From the NCBI GenBank assembly GCA_045132055.1, contig JBGURP010000055.1, positions 104,372 to 168,371 of the forward strand: 64,000 bases of DNA. The letters run 5' to 3'. This DNA is from Bacteroidales bacterium (GTDB taxonomy: Bacteria; Bacteroidota; Bacteroidia; Bacteroidales; WCHB1-69). This document shows, piece by piece, positions 55,541 through 64,000 of this stretch. The position numbers were made by a program, and so were the translations under genes. Below the pieces are notes generated by a model. The model was not told the DNA's origin, made no database searches, and saw only the letters and a list, made by a program, of their open reading frames with translations. Positions within the stretch are counted from its first letter, which is position 1. Each line of letters starts with the position of its first letter.

Positions 55541-55720
55541 ATGAAAAGCTGTTGGTTAGAAGCATATTATCCGGCAAAGGCACACTGTGAGAAGCCAGCT
55601 CGCAGGTGGTATGATATGCTGTTTTTATATATGGAAAGTGATGTGAGTCAATTCTTTAGTAAATCATCTATCCCTTTCAGCTTCAAAGTGATTGCTGATA
55701 GTTTCGCCCCAGGTCTCTGA
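55541..55720 (+). pseudogene. Truncated orphan-cassette leader (cassette remnant ending at the homology-box position)
   Basis: The 59-aa ORF MKSCWLEAYYPAKAHCEKPARRWYDM...SSIPFSFKVIAD aligns with the orphan 2 leader MKSDSLVSYYPEMACNGNSYRRCWSM...SSRFTFSAKEKD. It loses homology exactly where the box should begin. Confidence 0.6.
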
Positions 55721-55727
55721 GAGAATG

Positions 55728-55877
55728 TCAGCAATAGTATAAACAATTGTCAATTATCAGCCATCTGTCATGCGACGGCTTTAACCAAACGTGTGTTTCT
55801 ATTGTCCTGCCATTTGCCGCGGCATTGATGCTGTTCACTCTGTAACCCACAGAAAGAATTAAATCCAAATTGAAATT
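55728..55877 (-). pseudogene. RhuM-family virulence protein gene fragment
   Basis: Minus-strand translation NFNLDLILSVGYRVNS matches the conserved RhuM motif (YNLDxIISVGYRVNS). Flanking sequence is frameshifted or unrelated. Confidence 0.4.
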
Positions 55878-55952
55878 TACAAGGTGTACGGTTGTTTGCC
55901 CTCATTACCCATATATTCCAAAATGGAATATGTGCCAATCATTGCCAATGCA

Positions 55953-56252
55953 CTAATACAGCAGTCCCAACTCCAACTTGGCGGCTTCCGTCATCATGTC
56001 CATCTCCCAGGGCGGGTCGAAGGTAACATCTACTGTGACCTTGTTCACGCCCGGAATCATGGCCACCTTGGTCTGCACTTCCATGGGCAGACTTTCGGCC
56101 ACCGGACAGTTGGGCGCGGTGAGCGTCATCAGGATATATACATCGTTGTTTTTGTTGACTTCCAGCTTGTAAATGAACCCCAACTCCCAGATGTTTACCG
56201 GAATCTCAGGGTCATAGATGGAATTGAGTACTTCAATGACTTTTTCTTTCAT
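55953..56252 (-). CDS. DUF59/SufT-like Fe-S cluster assembly protein
   Basis: 99 aa with IYDPEIPVNIWELG and LTAPNCP motifs typical of the MIP18/SufT family. Confidence 0.8.
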   Translation of the reverse strand: MKEKVIEVLNSIYDPEIPVNIWELGFIYKLEVNKNNDVYILMTLTAPNCPVAESLPMEVQTKVAMIPGVNKVTVDVTFDPPWEMDMMTEAAKLELGLLY

Positions 56253-56271
56253 CAGAATAATGATTTATGAA

Positions 56272-57213
56272 TTATTGGAGTGCTTTCTCTTTGAGTGAAG
56301 TGAAACCGTCGCCTAACGTTTCGGAAGCGTCCACGATGGTGACAAATGCCTTGGGGTCAATTTCGTGCACAAAGTGGATGAGCTCTGGGAGTTCCTTGCG
56401 CGAAATAGTCGTGAAAATGAGCTTTTTCTCATTGTAATTGTACATGCCTTCGCCATGGATGAACGTGCCACCGCGATCCAATTCGTCCAAAATGCGCAGA
56501 CGAATCTCCTCATATTGGTCGGAAATGATGAGTACAGCCTTGCTGGAGTGGAAACCGGCTATCACCTTGTCCATCACAACGCCCGTCACGTAAATGATGA
56601 GCCAGGAGTACAATGGGATGGTCCAGTCTTTGAACGCGGCCAATGCAGCCAAAACGATGGTGGAATCCACCATGATGAGCAACGTTCCCAGCGGGATGTG
56701 TTTCACATATTTGCCAATGATCATGGCAATAATATCCGAGCCGCCTGAAGTGGCACGAGTCTTGAAAATCAACCCCAGTCCGATGCCGATGATGACACCG
56801 CCGCACAAGGCAATGATGAAGTTGGCCGAAGGGTCAGGAGTCATGGGATGACCTGGCAGACTGATGAGCGGCGCGTAACCGTAGATTTTTTCCCACAGTG
56901 AGATGAATGCCGGCAGTGAGATGACGCCTACCAGCGTCTTGGCTCCGAATTTGGGTCCTAACCACAAAGTTCCAATCAGCAGCAAAGGCAAATCCAGACA
57001 GATACCCGACAAACCGATGGGAAAGTTGAACACGTGGTGCAGGATAATAGCGATACCGTAAACACCACCCGGAGCCAATTTCAACGGAGAGACGAAAATC
57101 ACATATCCGATGGACATGATGAATGTACCTAATATGATGAGCCCGTAACTCTTGACAACTTCTTTCCAGTTGATATTTTTCCAATCAATTTTGCTAAACA
57201 ATTTCATATCCAA
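56272..57213 (-). CDS. YitT family membrane protein (DUF2179 C-terminal domain)
   Basis: 313 aa with five to six TM segments plus a soluble C-terminal domain. Confidence 0.75.
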   Translation of the reverse strand: MDMKLFSKIDWKNINWKEVVKSYGLIILGTFIMSIGYVIFVSPLKLAPGGVYGIAIILHHVFNFPIGLSGICLDLPLLLIGTLWLGPKFGAKTLVGVISLPAFISLWEKIYGYAPLISLPGHPMTPDPSANFIIALCGGVIIGIGLGLIFKTRATSGGSDIIAMIIGKYVKHIPLGTLLIMVDSTIVLAALAAFKDWTIPLYSWLIIYVTGVVMDKVIAGFHSSKAVLIISDQYEEIRLRILDELDRGGTFIHGEGMYNYNEKKLIFTTISRKELPELIHFVHEIDPKAFVTIVDASETLGDGFTSLKEKALQ

Positions 57214-57219
57214 ACAAAA

Positions 57220-59202
57220 TTATCTACTAATGGTCATGTTAAGACGTTTGGCCAGCTCTTTTCTGACTCTGTCCACGTCCACGATTTTCTGAAGAATGCC
57301 GTTTGATTCTTCTTCCGTATAAGTGTGATCGGTGAGTTCCTTTTCCAAAAAAGCCTTGGCCTGTTCCGCGATGCGCAGCTTGAAGGTGAGAATGTTCTTT
57401 TCCACTTCCTGCTGCAAAGTCATCCGGCTGTTCATCACCGTATTGGTGTACATGTCGAAACGTTTTTCCCACATTGGACTGTATTCAGGGTCTTCGGTGG
57501 CAATATATTGCATGGCGAAAGCACTCTCTTCTTTGTCCTCACTGAGCAGAAATGTGCGCTTGATGTCGTCCTGGTTGCGCAGTATCTCCGCAACTTCAGC
57601 ATAGTGTTCATAGATTCTAAGCAGGAGCGGATCTCTCAAGCGGATGCCATCGTGGAAGAGTTCATCAAAGATGTATTGATCGACACGCATAAGCATGGGG
57701 TCGCCAGTTTCAGGATCCTCCACATTGATTTCAAAGAGGCCGTACTTAATGAGCAGGATGACAAGGTTTTTTTCCGCTTCGTACAGAAGATCATGACTAT
57801 CTACCTCTCTTTCAGGATGCTCGTGTTTGGTGGGTGGCGCGATTTCAGGCATTTGCTCGCTACCAGCGGGTTTGTTACCGCCCTTCACCTTGTCCTGCCA
57901 GGTCAGATACCGCAGCTCATCGCCCAAGGTTTTCTCCGACAGATCAAAGAGCGAGGCACACTTCTTAATGTAAAAAGACTGCGCGATGCGGTCTTGTACT
58001 TTGGCGATGGTTTTCACAATTTCCTTCACCATCTCGCTGCGCTTGCGCGGGTCGTCGCCAGCCTCCTCGGAGAGGATGTTGGCCTTGAACAAGAGGAAGT
58101 CTGTGGAATTGGTTTCCAAATATTCAGACAACTCACTGTCTCTGTGTTTCTTGGCAAATGAATCGGGATCTTCGCCGTCGGGCAGGAGGCACACTTTGAC
58201 GTTGAGGTTCTTTTCCAGCAGCATGTCGATGCCGCGCAAAGAGGCCTTGATGCCCGCACGGTCGCCGTCATATAGCACCGTGATATTGCGGGTTTGCGTG
58301 CCCAAAATTTTCACCTGCTCGTTGGTGAGCGATGTGCCCGAAGAGGCCACCACATTCTCGATGCCCGCCTCAAACATGGAAATCACATCCGTATAGCCTT
58401 CTACCAAATAGACATTGTCCTTCTGACGGATAGTCTTTTTGGCCAAATAGATGTCATATAATGTATCGCTCTTGTGGTAAATGTCATTCTCCGGCGAGTT
58501 GATGTATTTGGCAGTTTTTTCATCTTTCTTCAAGACTCGTCCGCCGAAGCCGATGGTCTTACCCGTGGTGTTGTGGATGGGGAAGATGACGCGCCCGCGG
58601 TAGGCATCGTACAATTTGCCGCTGTCCGACTTCTTAATCAGGCCCAATTTCAGCAGAAATTCCTCTTTATAGCCTTTCTTCAATGCCTCCTTGGTAAAGG
58701 TATCCCAACCGCCAGGGCAATAGCCGAGATGGAATTTGTCGATGGTGGAGTCCAGAAAACCACGCTCTTTGAAATAGGACATGCCCAAAAGTTTACCCTC
58801 TTCGCCGTTGCGCAACTGGTCCATAAACCATTTCTCCGCAAATTCGTTGACGAGATAAAGGCTCTCTTTTTCACTCCGTATCTCCTTTTCCTCCGGCGTT
58901 TCTGCCCGGTCATACTCAACGGTGATGCTGTATTTGCTGGCCAGATATTCCAATGCCTCGGGGTAGGTCATTTTGGCATGTTCCATCAGGAACGTGACAG
59001 CACCGCCCTTGGCATCACACACAAAACACTTGTAGATACCCAGACGGGGATTCACGTGCATAGAGGGATTGCGATCGTCATGGAACGGGCACACACCCAC
59101 GTAACCCTGCCCCTGCCGTTTCAGCGGGACAAAGTCACCCACGACCTCCTCAATCTTGGCCGCGAAGTTGATTTCATCTATGGTTTTCTTGGAAATCATC
59201 AA
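57220..59202 (-). CDS. dnaG: DNA primase
   Basis: 660 aa with the zinc ribbon CPFHDDRNPSMHV...KCFVCDAKG and TOPRIM motifs (EGYTDV, YDGDRAG). Confidence 0.93.
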   Translation of the reverse strand: MMISKKTIDEINFAAKIEEVVGDFVPLKRQGQGYVGVCPFHDDRNPSMHVNPRLGIYKCFVCDAKGGAVTFLMEHAKMTYPEALEYLASKYSITVEYDRAETPEEKEIRSEKESLYLVNEFAEKWFMDQLRNGEEGKLLGMSYFKERGFLDSTIDKFHLGYCPGGWDTFTKEALKKGYKEEFLLKLGLIKKSDSGKLYDAYRGRVIFPIHNTTGKTIGFGGRVLKKDEKTAKYINSPENDIYHKSDTLYDIYLAKKTIRQKDNVYLVEGYTDVISMFEAGIENVVASSGTSLTNEQVKILGTQTRNITVLYDGDRAGIKASLRGIDMLLEKNLNVKVCLLPDGEDPDSFAKKHRDSELSEYLETNSTDFLLFKANILSEEAGDDPRKRSEMVKEIVKTIAKVQDRIAQSFYIKKCASLFDLSEKTLGDELRYLTWQDKVKGGNKPAGSEQMPEIAPPTKHEHPEREVDSHDLLYEAEKNLVILLIKYGLFEINVEDPETGDPMLMRVDQYIFDELFHDGIRLRDPLLLRIYEHYAEVAEILRNQDDIKRTFLLSEDKEESAFAMQYIATEDPEYSPMWEKRFDMYTNTVMNSRMTLQQEVEKNILTFKLRIAEQAKAFLEKELTDHTYTEEESNGILQKIVDVDRVRKELAKRLNMTISR

Positions 59203-61007
59203 TCTTCGTCGTTATCTTTGTGTTTTCCTTTATCGGAACTGCTTTTGCCAGCATCCACTTTGAACTTCTTGAAAATCTTCTTGTTATGCATTACCTCCAA
59301 TGCCTTTTGGTAGGTATCATCGCTCTCAAGGAAGATGCGGTAGGCATCGCCGAATCCATACAGACTGCGTGCGATTTCGTATTTCAGATATTCGCGGATG
59401 TACTCACCCACGTGTGCTTCATTGCGCAGGCGCATGGCCTCGGCGTAGTTTTTCGTCACGTAGTTGGTGAACATGGTGTCTAAAATCTGCACATCAATGT
59501 TGTGCGAGGAGGTGAACAGAGAATCCAGTTTGCTGGTATTTTCCTTTATGAAAGCGTTGGCATAGTTGGAGAATTTGAATGTAGCGCTGTCGCTTACGCC
59601 CTCTTTTTTGGCATAATCCATGAATTCCTTGTAGAAATCATCCGTGATGATGTATTTGGATTGGAAATCTTCAAAAGTAGAGTATTGGCGTTTCAGCGGC
59701 TCGCGGTTGTTTTCCATATAATCGGCCACAAAACTGCCGAAAATGCCTTTCCGGACAATCTCGTTGTAAAGTGTGGAGTATTTGGTGGTGTCTAATGGCA
59801 CGAAAATGTCGGGCATGATGCCACCGCCGCCATAGACAGTGCGTCCGTGCGGGGTTTTGTACTTCAGGGAATCCGGAAATTTGATACTGTCGGCGGTATA
59901 GAGCTCGCCACGGTTGGCGCGGGCTTGCAAATCTTTGAAATAGCTGTCTAAGCCGTCGTTATAAGGTTTTTGGATGCAACGGCCTGTGGGCGTATAGTAG
60001 TGAGAAATGGTAAGGCGTACTTGCGATTGATCTACAAAAGTGAGCGGTTTTTGCACCAGGCCTTTACCGAAAGTGCGGCGGCCAATGACAAGACCACGAT
60101 CCCAATCTTGCACACAACCGGAGGTGATTTCGGATGCGGAAGCAGAGTTCTCGTCCACTAACACAATGAGCTTACCTTCTTCGAAAAGTCCATTCTTTTC
60201 CGAATAGAATTTCTCACCTGTCTTGCGGAAGTTGTCGGTGTAAACGATGATACGTTTGCCAGAGATGAACTGGTCACAAATCTCGAAAGCCACGTTCAGA
60301 TAGCCGCCACCATTACCGCGCAAGTCGAGGATGAGATCCTGCATACCTTGCGATTTGAGTTTCTTGATGGCTGTCGTGAGTTCATTGGTGGAAGTGGCAG
60401 CAAAGCGCTCCAACTTGATGTAGCCGGTGGTCTCGTCGGCCATGAAGGAAACGTTGATGCTGTGCATGGGGATAGCCCCGCGCGTGATGACAAACTCCAG
60501 CAGTTCAGGATTGCGACCGCGCTTGATGGAGACTTTCACCTTGGAGCCCTTGGCTCCGCGCAAATGCTTGCGCACCCAGTCGTTGGTAATCTTGTCGCCG
60601 TAGGCAATCGTATCGTCCACCTTGATGATCTTGTCGCCGGCCAATAATCCTACTTTCTCGGACGGACCGTTGATGATCACTTCCATCACGTTGATGGTGT
60701 CCTTGATGAGCTGGAAGGTGACGCCGATGCCGTCAAAAGAGCCGACCAAAGGCTCATTCATGGCCTGCACATCCTTTTTGGGAATGTAGGCGGTGTGCGG
60801 ATCCAACTCCTTGAGCATGGCCACGATAGCTTTGTCCGTCATAGGGTCAAAATCCACCGAATCGACATACATCATGTTGATGGCGTTGAGAAGCTGGTCC
60901 ATCTTCGTCTTGTTGGGCTGGTAGTTTTTGTTCGGATTTTGTGCAAAAACCACTGTCAAGCAACCAATATAGAGCAAAAAAGTGCAAAGAATATTCTTTT
61001 TCATCAC
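59199..61007 (-). CDS. S41 family C-terminal processing peptidase
   Basis: 602 aa with a signal peptide, a PDZ segment, and the motifs DLRGNGGG, SASASE and TFGKG. Confidence 0.88.
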   Translation of the reverse strand: MMKKNILCTFLLYIGCLTVVFAQNPNKNYQPNKTKMDQLLNAINMMYVDSVDFDPMTDKAIVAMLKELDPHTAYIPKKDVQAMNEPLVGSFDGIGVTFQLIKDTINVMEVIINGPSEKVGLLAGDKIIKVDDTIAYGDKITNDWVRKHLRGAKGSKVKVSIKRGRNPELLEFVITRGAIPMHSINVSFMADETTGYIKLERFAATSTNELTTAIKKLKSQGMQDLILDLRGNGGGYLNVAFEICDQFISGKRIIVYTDNFRKTGEKFYSEKNGLFEEGKLIVLVDENSASASEITSGCVQDWDRGLVIGRRTFGKGLVQKPLTFVDQSQVRLTISHYYTPTGRCIQKPYNDGLDSYFKDLQARANRGELYTADSIKFPDSLKYKTPHGRTVYGGGGIMPDIFVPLDTTKYSTLYNEIVRKGIFGSFVADYMENNREPLKRQYSTFEDFQSKYIITDDFYKEFMDYAKKEGVSDSATFKFSNYANAFIKENTSKLDSLFTSSHNIDVQILDTMFTNYVTKNYAEAMRLRNEAHVGEYIREYLKYEIARSLYGFGDAYRIFLESDDTYQKALEVMHNKKIFKKFKVDAGKSSSDKGKHKDNDED

Positions 61008-61082
61008 AGGGTGTGTTTTTTAGGGCGGCAAAGATAGTAAAAATAGGGGACAGTGAACAGTAGTCAGGGGACAGAAATTGCC

Positions 61083-63548
61083 CTATATTCGCATTTTCAC
61101 CACCGTGATGCCGCTGCCACCCATTTCGAGGGCTTCATCTTGGTAGGCTTCCACATCCTTGCGCTTGGCCAATTCCTGGCGGGTGATTTGGCGCAGGATG
61201 CCGTTGCCTTTGCCGTGCAGGATGCGCACGAAACGGATGCTCAACAAAGCAGCTTCGTCCAGATACTCCTCCAAGTTGGAGATGAGCTCTTCCGCGCGCT
61301 GCCCGCGCACGTCCAACGTGGCGTCAAATTCCGCCAATTTCTTGTTCATGGCATCTCCCAACGTGCCTTCGTTGTAGCGAACTACCCCGCCCCTACGCAC
61401 CTCGCGCGCCTCCTTCTTGCTGATTTTTGCCAACTTGCGGATGTCTGTTTTAAATGAGATGGAGTTGAACGCGATGGTGGCGTCATTGCCGTTGATGGCC
61501 GTCACCTCGCCTGTCACCTGCATTTCGGCCATAAAGACGCTGTCGCCCACACGGATGATGTTGTCCTCCGGCTTCTCCTCTACCTTCTTCGGCTTGGGCG
61601 CCGTGCGCTTAACAGGAATGATCGGTTTGATACTCTCCTCTTTCTCAATGGATTCTATCTCCTCTTTGAGTTCCTCTTTCAGCTTGGTGACATTTTCCCG
61701 CGCTTTCTTGGTTTTCACCGCATCGGCCTTGGCCTCTTTGATGTCGCGGATGGTCTTTTCTATCACCTTATTCGCGCTCTCTACAATGATATTGGCCTGG
61801 TTTTTAGCCTTTTGGATGATCTCTTTGCGCTGTTTGTCCAGTTCCGAAAACTTGGCAGAATATTCGTCAATCATTTCGGCCAACTGGTCATCGGCGGCAC
61901 GCACCTGTTTCAGCGTCTTTTCCGTTTCCTGCTGGGCCAATTCAATCTCTTCTAGCTTGCGCTCATAGTCAATCTGCGCGGTGCCGGACTTGGAAATGGC
62001 GCTTTCGATGATATCGGGATTCAAACCGATGTGATGGGCAATTTCGTAGGTAAACGAGCTGCCAGGCTTGCCGATTTTGAGTTTGTACAACGGCTGTAAC
62101 GCTTTGGTATCGTACAACATAGCCCCGTTTACCGCTTCCTCGTGCGTGTCGGGGAACATCTTCAAGTTGCCGTAGTGCGTGGTGATGATACCGAAAGATT
62201 TTTTCTCGTAAAAGCTCTCTAAGATAGCCTCCGCCAACGCGCCGCCCAGCGTGGGTTCCGTGCCTGAGCCGAACTCATCGATGAGGAACAGCGACTTCGC
62301 GTTGAGGTTTTCGTCCATCACTTTGAGGTTGGAAAGATGTGAGCTGTAGGTACTTAAGTCGTTTTCGATGGACTGCTCGTCGCCGATGTCAATGAAGATG
62401 CTCTGGAACACGCCCATGTCGGAAGTACTTTGCATGGAGACCAGCAGACCGCACTGCATCATATACTGGAGAAGCCCCACGCACTTGAGGCACACGGACT
62501 TGCCGCCGGCATTTGGACCGGAAATCAACAGAATACGCTGGTTTTCGGTGAGTTGCACATCCAACGGCACCACCTTTTTGCCCGCTTTCTGCAAAGCAAG
62601 ATACAACAACGGATGCTGTGCCTGCTGCCAGTTGACGAGAGGCTGGTTGTGTACATGCGGCAGGGCGGCATTGAGGTCGATGGCGAATAGGGCCTTGGCG
62701 CGCAGGAAGTCGTAACGGCCCATAATCCGCTGTGCTTCCAATAGTTCCGGAATCAGCGGGCGGATGTTGGCCGACATCTCGGAGAGTATGCGCACCACCT
62801 CGCGGCTGGCGGCATTTTGCAAATCTTTGAGCTCGTTGTTGGCATCGAACACCTCCGTGGGCTCAATGAAAACCGTTTGGCCGGTGGCCGACTCGTCGTG
62901 GATGAAGCCCTTGAGGCGGCGTTTGTATTGCGCCGCGATGGGAATACAGAGGCGGCCGTTGCGGATGGTCATTTCGGCATCCTCCTTCACCAAACCATCT
63001 TGTTTAGCAGCATTGAGGATCTTGCGAATCTGACGGTCGGCGCTGTTGGAAATGCGGTTGATTTCGCTTTTGATGCGACTGAGCTCGTCGGAAGCGTTGT
63101 CGCGCAATTGCCCTTTGTCATCCAAAATGCGGTTGATGCCGTTCAGCAGGTCTCGTTGCACGGGCATCGCCTCGCAGATGTCCCACAGGTAGGGATACTT
63201 TTTGTCCTGGTGGCGTGTGCGCAGATAGACGAAGATGTTCGTCATGGTGACGATGAAAGCACGTAACTGAGCTAGTTCTTCCAGCTCGATGTAAGTGCCA
63301 TCGGTTTGCAGGCGCTTCAGCTCGGCGCGAAGGTCGAAAAAATCCTGTGCGGGAAACGGCTCGTCGAAAAGCAGCACTTGCCGCATCTCTTCCACGCTTT
63401 CCAGTTCGGGTTGTATCTTGTCCAGATCCGACATCATGGCCACGGCATCCACCAATCCCTGCCCGAGTGCACTCAGGCAGCGCCCGCGCAACAATTGCCG
63501 TATGGTGTCGAAACCGATTTTCTCTTCAAAATTATTGGGGTAAAGCAT
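61083..63548 (-). CDS. mutS2: Endonuclease MutS2 (MutS domain plus C-terminal Smr)
   Basis: Walker A GPNAGGKS and a C-terminal Smr domain (LDVRGQRAEE...HGKGNGILR). Start taken at MLYPNNFEEKIGF because the longer ORF overlaps the miaB 3' end. Confidence 0.9.
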   Translation of the reverse strand: MLYPNNFEEKIGFDTIRQLLRGRCLSALGQGLVDAVAMMSDLDKIQPELESVEEMRQVLLFDEPFPAQDFFDLRAELKRLQTDGTYIELEELAQLRAFIVTMTNIFVYLRTRHQDKKYPYLWDICEAMPVQRDLLNGINRILDDKGQLRDNASDELSRIKSEINRISNSADRQIRKILNAAKQDGLVKEDAEMTIRNGRLCIPIAAQYKRRLKGFIHDESATGQTVFIEPTEVFDANNELKDLQNAASREVVRILSEMSANIRPLIPELLEAQRIMGRYDFLRAKALFAIDLNAALPHVHNQPLVNWQQAQHPLLYLALQKAGKKVVPLDVQLTENQRILLISGPNAGGKSVCLKCVGLLQYMMQCGLLVSMQSTSDMGVFQSIFIDIGDEQSIENDLSTYSSHLSNLKVMDENLNAKSLFLIDEFGSGTEPTLGGALAEAILESFYEKKSFGIITTHYGNLKMFPDTHEEAVNGAMLYDTKALQPLYKLKIGKPGSSFTYEIAHHIGLNPDIIESAISKSGTAQIDYERKLEEIELAQQETEKTLKQVRAADDQLAEMIDEYSAKFSELDKQRKEIIQKAKNQANIIVESANKVIEKTIRDIKEAKADAVKTKKARENVTKLKEELKEEIESIEKEESIKPIIPVKRTAPKPKKVEEKPEDNIIRVGDSVFMAEMQVTGEVTAINGNDATIAFNSISFKTDIRKLAKISKKEAREVRRGGVVRYNEGTLGDAMNKKLAEFDATLDVRGQRAEELISNLEEYLDEAALLSIRFVRILHGKGNGILRQITRQELAKRKDVEAYQDEALEMGGSGITVVKMRI

Positions 63549-63562
63549 AGATTCTGAATATT

Positions 63563-64000
63563 TTACGCAAACAGCGTTGCAGCAGTGCAATCCTTGACAG
63601 TCACATCGATATACTCGCCGATTTTGTGATTCTCTTTCGGGAAGATGATGACTTTGTTCTGGCTATTGCGGCCGTAGAGTTGGTCGGCGGAGCGCTTGGA
63701 GGCACCCTCAATCAATACTTGGAAGGTCTTGCCGATGTCGCGTTTGTTGCTGATGAGCGAGAGTTCACCCTGCAGCGCGATGATTTCCTCCAATCGGCGG
63801 GTTTTGACCTCATCGGGTACATCGTCAGTGAAGCGTTTGGCCGACATGGTGCCGCCGCGCTCGGAATATTTGAACATGTAGGCATACTCGTAGCCCACCT
63901 CGCGCATGATGGAGAGCGTTTGCTGGTGGTCTTCCTCCGTCTCGCCGCAGAATCCAGCAATAATGTCGGTGGAGATGGCGCAGTCGGGCATCAGCTCCTT
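63563..64000 (-). CDS. miaB: tRNA methylthiotransferase MiaB-type, 3' part (gene runs off the window)
   Basis: TDIIAGFCGETEEDHQQTL, MFKYSERGGT and a C-terminal TRAM-like domain. The frame stays open to position 64000. Confidence 0.8.
   Translation of the reverse strand, partial: KELMPDCAISTDIIAGFCGETEEDHQQTLSIMREVGYEYAYMFKYSERGGTMSAKRFTDDVPDEVKTRRLEEIIALQGELSLISNKRDIGKTFQVLIEGASKRSADQLYGRNSQNKVIIFPKENHKIGEYIDVTVKDCTAATLFA

Noticed and set aside
33500-55900. The island as a prophage, ICE or transposon
   Set aside because: There are no capsid, tail, conjugation (Tra/Mob), relaxase or transposase genes. The recombinase is the only mobility-type gene.
63549-63590. An N-terminal extension of mutS2 (MHCCNAVCVKYSES)
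   Set aside because: It overlaps the 3' end of miaB. Conserved MutS2 sequence begins at the Met at 63548.

Overview
This is a Bacteroidales-type chromosomal segment. Supporting signs are TAnnTTTG -7 promoter boxes in front of many genes, a T9SS C-terminal sorting domain, and typical Bacteroidetes housekeeping genes. Positions 1-33.4 kb and 55.9-64 kb hold ordinary core genes: folD, M64 and M16 peptidases, tRNA-Thr, tRNA-Phe, pepT, mreB, an ECF sigma operon, typA, aroB, gapA, rsmA, serS, rluB-like, dnaG, S41 peptidase, mutS2 and a partial miaB. Positions 33.5-55.9 kb are a low-GC accessory island built around one 3013-aa Rhs/YD-repeat polymorphic toxin (SpvB/TcB-like N-terminus, FG-GAP/VCBS repeats, RHS core). 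A T9SS-sorted protein gene sits directly upstream of it. The island holds seven C-terminal toxin plus immunity modules: the resident tip of the big gene, three orphan cassettes downstream on the minus strand, and three orphan cassettes on the plus strand. A tyrosine recombinase gene lies between the two oppositely oriented sets. All seven modules share a ~180-bp homology box, including a 44-bp perfect inverted match between the main gene and a plus-strand cassette. My main hypothesis is a recombinase-associated, inversion-based toxin-tip switching locus, or alternatively an rAID/integron-like immunity array. Both readings are inference from geometry. Secondary observations are a ~440-nt GC-rich hairpin-dense element at 4.26-4.70 kb that matches no RNA class I recognise, and a GGAATGGG-type short repeat family found once intergenically and twice inside ORFs of the island. 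No CRISPR array, rRNA, transposase or prophage/conjugation genes were seen.
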